Shown: positions 43,334 through 57,385 of the stretch, one piece after another
Layout of the letters: the number at the start of each line of letters is the position of its first letter
Position numbering within the stretch: the stretch's first letter is position 1
Source: the human T2T-CHM13v2.0 reference genome, Homo sapiens
Length of the DNA stretch: 64,000 bases
Direction: 5' to 3' (one strand)
Assembly: GCF_009914755.1 (NCBI RefSeq)
Contig: NC_060928.1
The notes under the pieces: generated by a model
What the model saw: the letters and a program-made list of their open reading frames with translations, nothing else
What the model was told of the DNA's origin: nothing
Databases searched by the model: none
Program-made: the position numbers and the translations under genes

Positions 43334-44547
43334 CCAACTCTTGACTTTTAAGATGAGTCCCCAGTAGTGATTATGTATGTGAGTAATCCACTGCAATACA
43401 TTGGTATAGATAAGGAAAAAAATCACCATGTAGCTGCCATGAAAAGCAAAGAGGAAACTATGTGGTTATTTCACTTACTCTAACTCTTCCCTGCCCCTAC
43501 AAGCGTTGTCCTCTGAATTGTGACCAGTGTAAGAACAAACCGCATAGCAAAAGTCTAGATACGCAATTATGACTACATGTTTGTGTGCCACCCACAGCTA
43601 CTAGAAAGGATTGTCTCAGCCAAGGGTGGCCTTCCTCCTGTATTTAAGAATGGTGACATATAAACTTACACCATTCTGCTATGAAAAGTTAGCAATATAT
43701 ATCCTGTCTGCTCAGTATATTTCATAATGAAAAATCTTTAGCAAACTCACAATGTAAGGATAGGGATATGCATGTAAAATATAATATTTGAATGTCTTAG
43801 TTTCCAAATAGTTACTGTAAATACATGACTTGTATTTCTGAATTTGAGTGGACTATATGAATATTTGTGTGAGTATCTACACTTTTTTAGAAAAGATTAA
43901 TTTATCTTGCTCAAATAAAATTACTAGTGAAGGAGCAGAAAATATATAAGGGCAAGTTGTGATGTGTTCTTTATTCCAAAAAGCTGAACCCCATGTTGAC
44001 CAGGAATTGTGCATCTAACCAGCAGAGGGTTTGTGAGAGACAAGGAAGAAAACTTCCTGATTCCAAAATGGAGTTGTCCCTACCCTGGGAACAGGCCAGT
44101 TCATATAAAGAATGTTCTCAGCAAAAGGAGGGCAGCTTGGGGAGGCAGAGTACAAGGGGCTTCTCCTGCTGGTATGGAGCAGAATGGACCCTGGGGCTTA
44201 TGAAACCAAATCATTGCCAATCCCACATTTCTTTCCTCAAAGTCAGACTTTTTCTTTTCTTCATAGTCACTTAAAAAATACCAGCTCCCTCATGAGTTTG
44301 TCCTTTTTAAACTCTCCCTATTAATAAGATGAATCAATAATATTTAATATGTATTGAGCATTTACTACTTGCTAAGGCCCAATGCAAACTGTTCTACATT
44401 AATTATCATGTTTAATTCTCAGGTAGAAGCTAGTAAAATCTCCACTGAAGAAACTGAGGCTCCAAAAGGTTATGTAAGTTTTCTGTGGACGCACAGCTAG
44501 TAAGCAACAAAATCAGAACCATGTGAGTGATTTCCAAGCCCACGCTC

Positions 44548-44849
44548 TTTTTTTTTTTTTTCTTTTTTTGAGACGGCGTCTGGCTCTGTCGCCCAGGCTG
44601 CAGTGCAGTGGTGCGATCTCGGCTCACTGCAAGCTCCACCTCCCGGGTGCAGCCATTCTCCTGCCTCAGCCTCCCACATAGCTGGGACTACAGGCGCCCA
44701 CCACCATGCCCGGCTAATTTTTTGTATTTTTAGTAGAGACGGGGTTTCACCATGTTAGCCAGGATGGTCTCGATCTCCTGACCTCGTGATCTGCCCGCCT
44801 CAGCCTCCCAAAGTGCTGGGATTACAGGCGTGAGCCACCGCGCCTGGCC
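44548..44849 (-). mobile_element. AluY-like element inserted in a reverse MIR (about 44340-44870)
   Basis: Full reverse Alu; TSD ccaagccca(c/t)g. Confidence 0.92.
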
Positions 44850-47800
44850 CAAGCCCATGTTCTTAAGCCCTAGATAGACTGTCCTGCCTCCTGAATTATT
44901 TTTCAATTGTTCTTGTGTGTATGTGTATAGTGGAATAGATGAAAATTAATTTTTATGTGTTGAAAATAAATTAATGTATATGTCCCTGTCACAAAAGATT
45001 GAATTGTCATAGAAACAGATGCAAAAACAATAATGCCGGTGATGTCTTAGTAAAGTACCACACTTTTTTATCCAGGAAATGTTAAATGATAGCTGATAAC
45101 AGAACTTGTAATTTGCCAAAATAAAAAATAACAATTACAACAACAAAAAATGGTTTGAGGAAAATCAGTTTATACTGTGGAGGATTTAAGAACATTGGGA
45201 GCTATTGAACACTCTACCCACTTCCTTTCAAAATTTAAATTAATGTCCTGTTTTCCTGTCACTGGAAGTTAGTGGGCTGGAATCTATGTAGACATTAGCC
45301 AATGTAAAACTCTCATAGAAAGTGGGTAGATTATTTGTGTCACCAGCATCAGCTCATGAGAAAAGGCTGAGAAAAGTGTATACAAGTGGTAAACATCTTT
45401 GCATACTCTCACCTACAAATACAGCAAAATTACTTTCTATATCAATCACCTTTGAGAACAGCCATTTGTTTACTATTTTCATAAAATAAATCATAATGTA
45501 TCCTAGGTAAGTTAAAAGGATTGTTCAGTTTTGTTTATTATTTTCCAGTTATGGTCAAGAAAACTGACATGAGAAAGACCCATTATATTTTTCATACATA
45601 AAAGTGTTAGTCTATACATTTTTCTTAAATATTAAATGTTGTGAATAGACAAAAGTGGCAATTACAGACAAAAAATTCTACCCATTGATATTGCCCAGAT
45701 CTCTGGATGATTGTTCTGGCTTCCTGTGATTGGATTTATTAGCACTATCCAGACACCACTGTAATCACTGTTATAACCAACTTCATTTTTCCTAAATCTT
45801 AAATAGCCAAATATTCACCTAGTATAAAACATTGTATTATAGTTTTTTTTAATTAATGTTAAGAGCTGTCTCTGACTAGTTTCATTACCAAATTGGAGTA
45901 CTAAAATATACCTTTTTTTTTTAATCTAGGAAATCCTAAAATGTGTTTTTTGCTTGTGTCATTCAATAAACTCACACAAGGAATAAAAAATAAAGGAGAT
46001 GTGTTACTAACACGTGTATGTTTATGGTTCAGTGGATGAAATCATCCCACATGCAAAGGCTACCACAAAACTCATACATCACACACCACACAAGGCATCT
46101 CTTTGCATAGGCTATGCACATCCCAACATCAGTGAGCCTGCCTTCTGCACCTTGAGTGTTCCACTGTTACTTCCATTATGTGTATGTAGTCCATGGTCAG
46201 GCATGAAATCCTAAATTGAAGGAAAATACCAAATTCTGTTCTACCAGTCATCTCTACAAAGCTCTGCAGCTTATAAAGGCACTCTTTCAGCAGTGCTGAC
46301 TTTATAAAATGTGATTTATCTCAAAGCAGCTCTTCCATAGAATCTGGATTTTTCTGGGCTGACTTAAATCAGGAAAAATATTATTTCTCTCGTTTGGAAT
46401 GCCTTGGTATAAATACCGTTCCAAGTTGAAGTATGGTATTTTGCTTGGGTAGGTGCATGTAAGAGGCAATGTAGTTATTCAGATAATTTTTACACCAAGT
46501 TTCCAAACTGTAAAAAGAATAAAATATGTAAACTTTCAAAAGCAGTTTATTTGAAGCAAATTTTTGAAAAAGTATTGCCAATTGTAGGGGAGCAGATCCC
46601 TTTAAAGCACGTGTGCACACATGCATACACACAAACTTTTTTTTTTTTTTTTTTTTGCTGACACCACCTCACTTACTAGTTGGTAAAATGCAAATTAATT
46701 GACTTTCCTAAATAGGAAAGAATTTTTTTGATGTTTGTCCATAATCTGATAATTCTGTGGTGAAAGAGAACATATTTTAAGGAGTCTTGAGTAAACTCTT
46801 AAGAATATGTAATTGTTTTATGGTGTTTAAAATTATGTCACTGTCATAATCCTTTATGGTATGGTAATCAGTAATAAAACATTGCAGTGAGCAGCAGTTA
46901 AGGAACATCAAATCAATGGGTGTGCACCTTGCACGCTGATTTAAACAGTTGCTGATTGGAATAAGTGGATTTAATATGTACGTATTTGTAGATTGTAGCT
47001 TTTCTGTCATCCTGCAGGAATTGGTACTTGACTAATCTGAGAATGATACCTACTTACAACTTTAATGAGGTACTAATGTGAGTCATTTTTTAAGTCCGTG
47101 TTCGGAAGTATTATGAAATGCTCAATGCTAACTAAAAATCTGCCCTCTACTCCAAGGACTTCACAGTAATTATCATAGTGAAGAATATGTCTGTATTTTA
47201 TGATGTACGTATCTGATGTCTACACTATACCGAGGATTCAAGCCAGTAGCCCGGTGAAAATATTATACGGTACTATTTAATATGCCTCCACCAAGCGCAT
47301 TGTTGACAGCGGAAACAATGTGAGTTGTTCATAGCCATACACATCAGCAACTGCTTATATACAGTGAAACCGACTTGACCTTCCCTTGTGAGCTACCTGA
47401 CGTCTATATAACCCGCTTGGTTTGCCTTTGTTGCTTCTCTGTGTTTATGAGAGTCAGCCTGATGGCAAAAGGAAGCAAACTTGGAATTAACCTTGTTCCA
47501 TGTCTCAGCCGGACAGGAACATATACTCCTTAGACCTCATTTTTAAATGAGCTGCCTTCTTGGGAACTACTACTCAGCAGATATTTCTCGTCCAACATTT
47601 GTACATCCATTCAACTGCTTCTGGTCTTTGAGGCTTTTTGGTTTCTGGTTTTTTCAACTTACTTGTTTTTATTTTTCCTGGTTTTATCCCTAGTTCTACT
47701 ATCTTGCCCACTGGTTTTCCAAACTTCGGATTTTTTAGAACAGATGACAGCATTAAAGCTTTCTTTAGTTTATATAAGGTACTGTCATTTATGAAGCGGT

Positions 47801-48494
47801 GTCATCAGATAAACATTTTAAATTCATTCGGGTTTTAAGCTTATTTCCTTTAACTGTCAGTGTTGGAACTAAGGATTTCCACGTTGTTTAGTCTGATTTT
47901 TTTTATTCCAGTAAATTCCTTGGGAAATCTATAAACAGATGATGCTTCTAGTTCGCCTTACACAGGTACACAGTTCTGGTTCTTCTGAGTTGTAACTATA
48001 ACGTTTATTTAGAATATGGATTTTGGTGTCAGACTGCCTGGTTGGAACTTTGTCTTTGCCACTGCTAGCATTTTGATCTTAGGAAACTTCTCTAATTTCT
48101 TGTGCCTCAGTTGCCTCATTTGTGAAATAAGGGAAGATAATAATGTACCTGTTACCCCACAGGGTGGTGAAAATTAAACCGGTTAATTCACATTAAATGC
48201 TTAGGAGTTTTCAGCACATAATAAATGGTAGTTATTGCGAATACCACTGTCCATAGTTAGAATACATGGGAGGGGAGAGGAACAGATGGGTGAAGGACAG
48301 GGGAAGGATGTTGTAAATAAGGTTTTGCTCACTTTTGCTTCTTTCTCAAAAGATGGCCTCTGTATTACTTATAGAATTTCTTCAAAAGCTGCAGACACAT
48401 AGAGGACATACTAAGGCCACCAAAAGTACATTTGGTCATTTTATATGGTCATTTTATCTGCTTTAATATAAAGCAGATATTAACACTCTGCTTT

Positions 48495-48792
48495 AGCCAG
48501 GCACAGTGACTCATGCCCGTAATCCTAGCAGTTGGGAGGCTGAGGCAGTTGGATCACCTTAGGTCAGGAGTTCAAGACAAGCCTGAGCAACAGGGTGAAA
48601 CTCCGTCTCTACAAAAATTAGCCAGGTATGGTTGGGGTGCGCCTGTAGTCCCAGCTACTTGGGAGGCCGAGGTGGGAGGATCACCCAAGCCCGGGAAGTT
48701 GAGGCTGCAGTGAGCCAAGCTGTGATTGCACCAGCGCACTCCAGCCTGGGTGACAGAGTGAGACCCTGTATCCAAAAAAAAAAAAACAAAAA
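48495..48792 (+). mobile_element. AluJ-like element
   Basis: Forward Alu with gaggctgcagtgag and gagaccctgt; actctgct on both flanks. Confidence 0.88.
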
Positions 48793-50330
48793 GACTCTGC
48801 TATGAGCCAGGCAGTGGGAATGCAGTGATTTACGTGGCCTAGAGTTTACCTCTCTAATGGGGACGATTTACACATTAAGTCACCTATGCCTAGAAAGGTC
48901 ATTAAAGTCTAGTATTTTCATGGCATCTGTTAGTAGAAGTGAATTCATCACGGCCAATTCTTGATTGTTCTCTTTTCCTGTTACATGCACTTTGATGTGC
49001 ATACTCCTAGACCTTATCCAAGAGAGGTGCTGGGGTAGAGGGAAGAAAAAGGAAGAATAAGATAACAGAAGAGATGGAGGGGCGCCCAGAATGTTGATAG
49101 ATAAGCAGATGAGGCAACAGCATGAAGATAGAATTCCAAAAAGATGCTATTCCTTCCTGATCTGTATGGGAGGAATGAAGCATACAATACTATATATGAG
49201 TGAGGCCCATCCTCAGAGACCTGAGAGTCCAGGTCCATCACTAAGGAGTGCAGAAAAGAGCAAATTATCTTGTGTCCTCCTCCACCTATCTTTCCCAAAA
49301 TACAAAGGAGGAAATATGGCAATTAGGGGCTTTACAAAAAAAAGGAATTCTTAAAAAGAAGCACCTAGAGGGGAGATGTGTGAAAAGAATACAGGAGTAG
49401 TCATTTGCTTTGTTGATATTGAAAATTTATGGACTAAATATATAATATAAACATTTTCGATGAGCCACATTTGTCTTTCACATTCAGAACTTCCATGAGT
49501 CTTTGCCTACCTGTACCAGCAAGTAGACCAAGGACCCGCAGGTCATAGGCTTGAAACCCGAATACTTGCCTCATTTGTTATGTTCCAGGGATGGCTGTGT
49601 ATCTGAATGTATTTTGAAAAACAGTTAAGGCCAAGAATTAGCCTTGGCATTTAGAGTAATCTGTAGATCTGCCTTGTGCTTTCCTACGGAATCCATGTAG
49701 AAGCCATGTAAAAGAAGGTGGAACTGCCTGGTGGCTTTGGAGAACGAAGTGTCTGGTTCTGAGCTCCTTTCATCAATTTTTTCTACTGGGGGGAAAAAAC
49801 ACCTTTTTTTTTTTCTTTTTTTTTCTAAATCTCCAAGAGACGACTTTGTGATAGAGTGGTTTAGAGCAAGCTCTGGAGCCAGGCAGCCTAGGTTGCCAAG
49901 GTGTTACCTTGCCCAAGTTAATCACTCCTCTCCTCTGTTTCCTCATCTGTATTTACTGTCTCAACTGTTATTACATCATAGGGTTGTGGTGAAGATGAAA
50001 TGAGAGAATAATATATGCACTTAGAACAGTATTTGGCACAAAGGAAGCCTTTATTATTACCTACAGCGAGCAGGGCTGGCGGCAAAGTGCTTCGTGTGTG
50101 TCCCTGGATCATTCTGAACCTGGTCAGAGCTACGAGATAGAGGCCTGGGCCAGAGCTAGAAATTTAGGAATCATTAATACATCAGCCAGGTGTTCGTAAT
50201 CTGTACATTACAGAGCCAGGGCTCATGGAAGAGCTAAAATCAAGGCGGCATTTTGTGTTTGTGAACATATGTGAATTTTTCTGGGAAGAGAACCCAAAAC
50301 TTTCACCAGTTTACTCAAAGATCTGAGACC

Positions 50331-51098
<768 letters not shown>

Positions 51099-53389
51099 TA
51101 GAAAATAGTTTTTTTAATGGTTCCCATTTTATATGTCTAGCACCCATTTTTGTAAGAGTTTTATCGTATAAAACAAATTTCAACTTCTTAGTAGATTGAA
51201 GGAATGACTTTTCTCTAGTGTCAGAACATACTCGTTAGTTTTCAAAGTAATTTTTTGCAACCTAATATGCATTTCAGCAATTGTTAGGTACATTAATTTT
51301 TAAATATGCTGAATTGTTTTTATGATTATTATTTCTAATGGCTTCTTACAAAATGTCTGCATTTTTTTATTTCCTATTGTGGTTTATATAATGATGTTTA
51401 TATTGTTGCAATTATTACTTTTAATAATTATTTGAACCTCATATATTGACATCTCCTTTTAACTTCTTCATTATTTAGAACCAGGTTTTTGTGGTATTTC
51501 AGAAAGTTTTTTCTTCCATACCAAAATATTTCTTGTTGTTCTTCCTTCTTTTGCTCTTAGTTTTAAGCTCTCAGGCTCACAGTTCTCTATGATATAAAAT
51601 GCAAATGAAGAATCTTGGTATCTTTCTCAGTACAGATATTTTTCTTACGGTTGGTTTTTAGCCTTTTGCAAAACTTGTGTTAAGAGTTGCAAATATTTTA
51701 AGTATTATGTTAATTTTGACCGGCTATATATTTTAAATGTATTTTCTACTTTGCTTTCTACTTCTGATGTTCTGGTGACCCAAAGACCTACCTTTACCTG
51801 TAAATCAATCTACAGCTTTGCATAATTGATTCTGTTGGCAAAAATAATCTGATTGGCTGATTAGAAATAATTTTGTCCACCCTTAAAACTGCTAATCCAG
51901 ATCAGAATTAAGTTGTGTTATTTATTTGGGTTGTGCAGGCCTAACGTAAAAGCAAAAGGTTTACTCTCTAACAGTGATCAGCGTTATTAATTTTTGTAAA
52001 CTAAGAATTTCTGTAGAAATACTACCCTATGAGAATCAGAAACTCCAGAAGTTTCGATGGCACTTTCTTTATGTTCAAATCATCAATTAAGCTGTTACAG
52101 GGTTCTACTAGTTTATATGGCATGTAAAGTATATAGCATGGAGAAGGAATTATAAAGAAATTATATGAATGTTATGCAGTAATACATTTTTATTTTAATG
52201 TTTAAAAGGTAAATTATTTTTATTATTATAATTTCAGAGTAGCACCTAACACCATATGTTCTTCACTGTAATTTTCCTTGCATCATCTTATCAATTAGCT
52301 GTAAACATGCTTATTTTAAAATGCCATTCAAACGCCTCTAATAGAATCCTGTGGCAAAGTGAAGAATCCTTTTACATACACAGTACAGATGTATCAAAAC
52401 CATGTACTGTTTTGTTTACACACATGACAGAACCACCACACCTGAGTGGCCCAACTGAGGGTTACAGTTTCAGTCATTCTGTTAGGAGTCCTCCTACCAC
52501 TTGCATATGTCAGCAGTGAAAAATAATCAACAAAAGCATCTTTGAAAAGCAATTTTAGATCATTAAAGATGTATGAATTTTGACAAGGCGGGAGATTTGA
52601 GGCTGATTAAGATTTATTAGGTCTCCACATTGAAGGAGGCATTTATGTCTCATTTCCAGGGGAAAGGCATAGCCTAATTGTAGCCTCATGAAACAAGTGG
52701 ACAGGGGCAGGTACAGGTACAGAAAAAGATTCAGTCTTAGTCCTGACTGTTCCTACACACCTTTTGTGAGAAAAAGAGCCTTTTCCAGTAGGTTTCTGAA
52801 AATAAACAGGATCTTAGAATAGTCCCTGTTTCCTAATGGGCTATATATGCGATAAATCATTGTCTATCTGGCTTGCAGTCAAGAGATACTGGGTAATCGT
52901 TTTCTAAAGAACTTACATGTGCCTTTTCCAAATATAACATCAAAATATTACATTTGCTCAACAGTCTCCATTTCTTTTTCTTCTTTTTGCTTATTTATTA
53001 ACTTTTAAAGTTTCATTATTTGTAGATCTCATAGTTGTAAATTTCCAAAGTTCTTTAAGAATAAAGAATTGATTCCATTTGTTCTGCTCAGCTATTATAA
53101 AGGAGAATGTTGAAATGACGAGAGTGGAGTGCATTCCAAATAATCTGTGAAAAGTAGTGTTAGTTCAGTGAGTTGAAAATGCTGAGTATTTGCTGGAATC
53201 ATGACTACATTTGCTAAAAATGTGAATAGACTGGATTTTTAGGAGATACGAAGTGCATCTCTGTCATGTGATGTGAGTCTTATGTCAGCTGAAGCTACTC
53301 AATTTGCATGTAGATTCTGAAAATTTTCTTGTCCCATGTGACACTTCTGAAATGTCTGTCTGTTCTTTTTTCCTTTTTAATTTCCCAAG

Positions 53390-53416
53390 CTCACTATTTG
53401 GATAAGATAGTTAAAG
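53390..53416 (+). CDS. TENM3: TENM3 alternative microexon 1 (27 nt; AHYLDKIVK) between EGF7 and EGF8
   Basis: ttcttttttcctttttaatttcccaag|CTCACTATTTGGATAAGATAGTTAAAG|gtactg; phase 1 to 1. Peptide matches the teneurin-3 EGF splice insert as I recall it. Confidence 0.92.
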
Positions 53417-54973
53417 GTACTGTATACTCGCTCTTTGTTGACATATCTACATATATATCTCTATATAACTGTATATCACTAGGTTTGACAATAGACTTTT
53501 CCATGCATATTTTTGTAAATTATAAATCAGAGTTAAATTATGTAAAATGCCTTGGATTTAAAGTATTGAGACTTAAGTGTCTGTGTCTCATTTTTATAAT
53601 TTTGGGTTATCACAGATTTCATTCTTTGTAAAAGCGTTAGTTTTCTCTAGAACCAGAAACTGAAGATAATGGTACATTTGCTGTTTTTTGGTTTTGGAGG
53701 TTTTTTTCTTTCTTTTCTTTTTTTTAAGATCTTCACTGTTGGCAATTCAGCTTAATGAGCTTTAAATTCTAAGCTAAAGAATCACAAATACTCTTATCAC
53801 AGAATAAGAAATTGTCAATCTAAAGAAGATCCTGGTTAACATGTTGAGAGAAATTTCGTTTATTTCATATGGAAACTTCTTTGGTTTTTTTCCTAAATGT
53901 TTCAAAATATATGTGGTATCACAATTTGTGTTTTGTTATTTTTTAAAACCTATAAATACTGTACAGTCTATTAAAAAAAGAACTGATAACCTTGTTCAGC
54001 AGAAAACAGCAGATTCTCACATCTTCAGTTATCGTAGAAATAGATGGAAAAAGTTTTTTCAGAAGAGAAAATTCCCCTTCCCTTTCTCCTCAGATTACCT
54101 ACTTTCTATTCCTTGTTTGTGCTTTTCATTAGAATATGAAAATATTCATGGCAATATCCAGGCTTTCATATACCAACTCCTACGTGCAGTCAGTCAGCTG
54201 CCGCACCTCCTTGTCAGTGGGGCAATTCAACCTTTCGTTTTCATTAAAAACAAAAAAAAAAAAACACATCCATAAAGAAGATTCACCTTTTATTTATTGA
54301 ATAATCCATAAATACAGACGGTAATTGTCTGAGCGAAAAGAAGCAGCAAAATTAATCTCTTCCTGACCTGATGGTATCCATAAGTGTAATTTCATTGTAC
54401 TCTTCCATGAGAGACAGTCGAAATAGTCTTCTTTCTGTTAACTCTAATCTTAAGAGACAGAATGTCTCTTGGCGATATTTTCTTTTCAAGTTCCACAGTG
54501 GAGGAGGGGACACCAATATATGAATAATTCTTCTAACACAGACTTAAACATCTTTAAAAACAGATTGTTCCCTGAAATTTTGTCACCGGAGCAATAGTAG
54601 CATTCAAATGATAAGAAGCTGTAAAACAAACCCCAATTGCTATAGCAAGTATTTTTATTAATATGTTTTATACCAAATTATAAATAGCTCTGTCCACAGA
54701 AATCTGATGAATAGCCAGTTATTCTTAGAATTTTAGAGCATTTCTCTCCTTGCTTCTGTCAGTGTCATATCACACTCATAAACAAGGACACCAGAATCTA
54801 CCCAAGTGTCATCCTCATAAACAGATCACATTGGCTGCATGCCAGATATCATCAGTAGGAAGTGGCAAAAATTGTTTTTTTTAAATGTCATGTTAGACTG
54901 AAACAATTATAGATTTTGGATATATTAAATTATTTTAATTGTTTCCCAAATTTTCCCTCCTTGCCCATAAAAG

Positions 54974-54994
54974 CAGACAAGATAGGATATAAAG
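54974..54994 (+). CDS. TENM3: TENM3 alternative microexon 2 (21 nt ADKIGYK from 54974, or 18 nt DKIGYK from 54977)
   Basis: ttttccctccttgcccataaaag|CAG|ACAAGATAGGATATAAAG|gtaaca; tandem AAG/CAG acceptor; both lengths keep the frame in phase 1. DKIGYK recalled from rodent Ten3 long isoforms. Confidence 0.85.
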
Positions 54995-55901
54995 GTAACA
55001 GCATAAAAGCCTTAGGGAGATTGTCACAAAATATCACTCTTCGCTATCTGTCTTGAAGCACGTCACTACCGTGTTTTTGTTCAGTCTATCAATGTTTTAT
55101 TGTGGTCCTTATGGTATTTCATTTTGTCCGTCCTAAGTAATCCAATATGCACAGCTATTACATTTAGTTGGAAATCCTGTCGGTCCTGTCCCATCCGTAT
55201 GCAGCCTGAATCCTAATGTTTGTTAGAATAGATGCTAAGCTGCTTCACTATTTCCTGGGCTTTGCTTATTCTGTGACAAGGAATGTACTCTTGGCATAAA
55301 GTATAGTCATTAATCCTGGCCTATACTTTGTGCAATTATTTAATGCACTGTAATTTCACATGAATGTACGGCAACTCCGAGGCCAGATAAAATTAATGTT
55401 CTCTTTTTGACATCATTCATATCCTCATACCCACTTTCATGCTTTTGGAGTTTGAGGGAATTTTTTTAAGCAACAAGGTGCTTTAAGAAGGCATGTCTTG
55501 ATAAATGACCAGTAATGTTTAAAACAGATTACAAATCTAGACTAGGGATTCTGAAATTATTTTGTTGAGATGGCTTTTCCACACCGTACAATATACCTTG
55601 TTGCTTGGCTAAAGGGAAAAAATTTAAGTTAATTTTGTCTGGCCTGCAGCTATTTAGTGGATCGTTGCATATATTTCTGTCCTGCACAGGTAAGTGGTGT
55701 CTCAAGGGTCAGGCCAATCAAAGATGCCACTTGGATAAGAATTAGATTCCATAGATAACGTTGCTGTTTCTATCCATGTGCAATTACAGTATTTGTGCTG
55801 TTTATAAAGGCCTGTTCCCACTAAGTGTCCCTTATCTGTTTATTTTAGGTGCAAAAACTCAATACTCAAATCACTGGTGTTTTCCTTCTTTGTCTCGACA
55901 G

Positions 55902-56048
55902 AGGGTTGTCCTGGTCTGTGCAACAGCAATGGAAGATGTACCCTGGACCAAAATGGCTGGCATTGTGTGTGCCAGCCTGGATGGAGAGGAGCAGGCTGTG
56001 ACGTAGCCATGGAGACTCTTTGCACAGATAGCAAGGACAATGAAGGAG
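55902..56048 (+). CDS. TENM3: TENM3 coding exon (147 nt), EGF-like repeat 8 and start of the cysteine-rich region
   Basis: tttccttctttgtctcgacag|AG ... GGAG|gtaaga; phase 1 to 1. (E)[48 protein letters not shown]. Confidence 0.96.
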
Positions 56049-56676
56049 GTAAGAAATACTGAGCATGAACACGAGTCTGTGCCAGAGCACAGGTTCGTAA
56101 GTGACAGTGAGTACATAGATATCTGTTGCCAAAAAAAAAAAAAAAAAAAAAAACCTGATCCCCATCGATTAGATTGATTGAAAAATGTATGAGTGCTGAT
56201 AGAATGATTTTGCTCTCCATTTTTCCTGAAACAAATGCAAGATTATTATCATTCAGGGAAAAGGCAAGGTAACCAAGCTACTGCATAATGTCCATTGTTC
56301 TCCATTCCTTTTCCTGGTCCCCAGGTGACTCTTCTCCTCAACCACAGTATTTAGGGCTCTGTGAATTGGGAGCTCCAAAGCAGTATTTTAATAACTGACA
56401 TTCCAAAAGATGCAAAGAATTTTCCAGCCTCTTCTGTTGAAAGGCATGGATGGAAAAAAACAAAACAGTAACAGAGAACAGTCCCCTGGATGCTGTACTC
56501 TAGTGACGTTTTATCCTTAACTTGATACTCGGTTAAAAAGATGGTGAGATTCCACCCAGTTGAAGCCCTTGGTTAAGAATAATTATTTTCACCGTTGACC
56601 TCAGCCTCCATGTACTGTATTTTAATTTCAGGGAATAGAGTGAGAGTTGGTGATTTCCTCTCCAGTGATGGAATAG

Positions 56677-56996
<320 letters not shown>

Positions 56997-57149
56997 AGCT
57001 GTTCAGTTTTGACATAGCTTTAGCGCTGCATTTTTAGGAGGGCTGTAGTTCCTATCCGGGCCTCTGTGGACACTTGCCACGTGTGTTAGGTTGTGTTTCC
57101 CTGCCACTCCACCAGCCCCAACCATTCTCTCTGCTCTTTTTGAGACTGT

Positions 57150-57385
57150 GCACATGGATGATAAAGCACTGGCTAGAGTGTAGGTTTTGGAGCAGACACA
57201 TCTTCACTGAACCATGTAGTAATCATGTGACCTCAGACAAAATCTGTAATCACTTTAACCTCAATTGCCGCATCTATAAAATAGGAATAAAAGAGTTTTT
57301 GAAAGGATTAAGTGAGAAGATGCATGTGAAGTGTGTAGCATATTGCCAGGCACAGAGCCTGCTCTAAGTAGCAGCTATTATTATC
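57150..57385 (+). mobile_element. MIR fragment
   Basis: tgtgacctcagacaa...catctataaaatagg...gaaggattaagtgag-like motifs. Confidence 0.65.

Noticed and set aside
45500-45512. TAG|GTAAGT site (similarly CAG|GTAAGA at about 17550)
   Set aside because: No polypyrimidine tract upstream, so a poor recursive-site candidate.
53841-54275. 144-aa ORF between the two microexons
   Set aside because: AT-rich low-complexity translation with no recognisable domain and no convincing splice boundaries.
56131-56153. A23 run downstream of the EGF8 exon
   Set aside because: No TSD or element body; an ordinary homopolymer. It could cause oligo-dT internal-priming artefacts that look like truncated transcripts.
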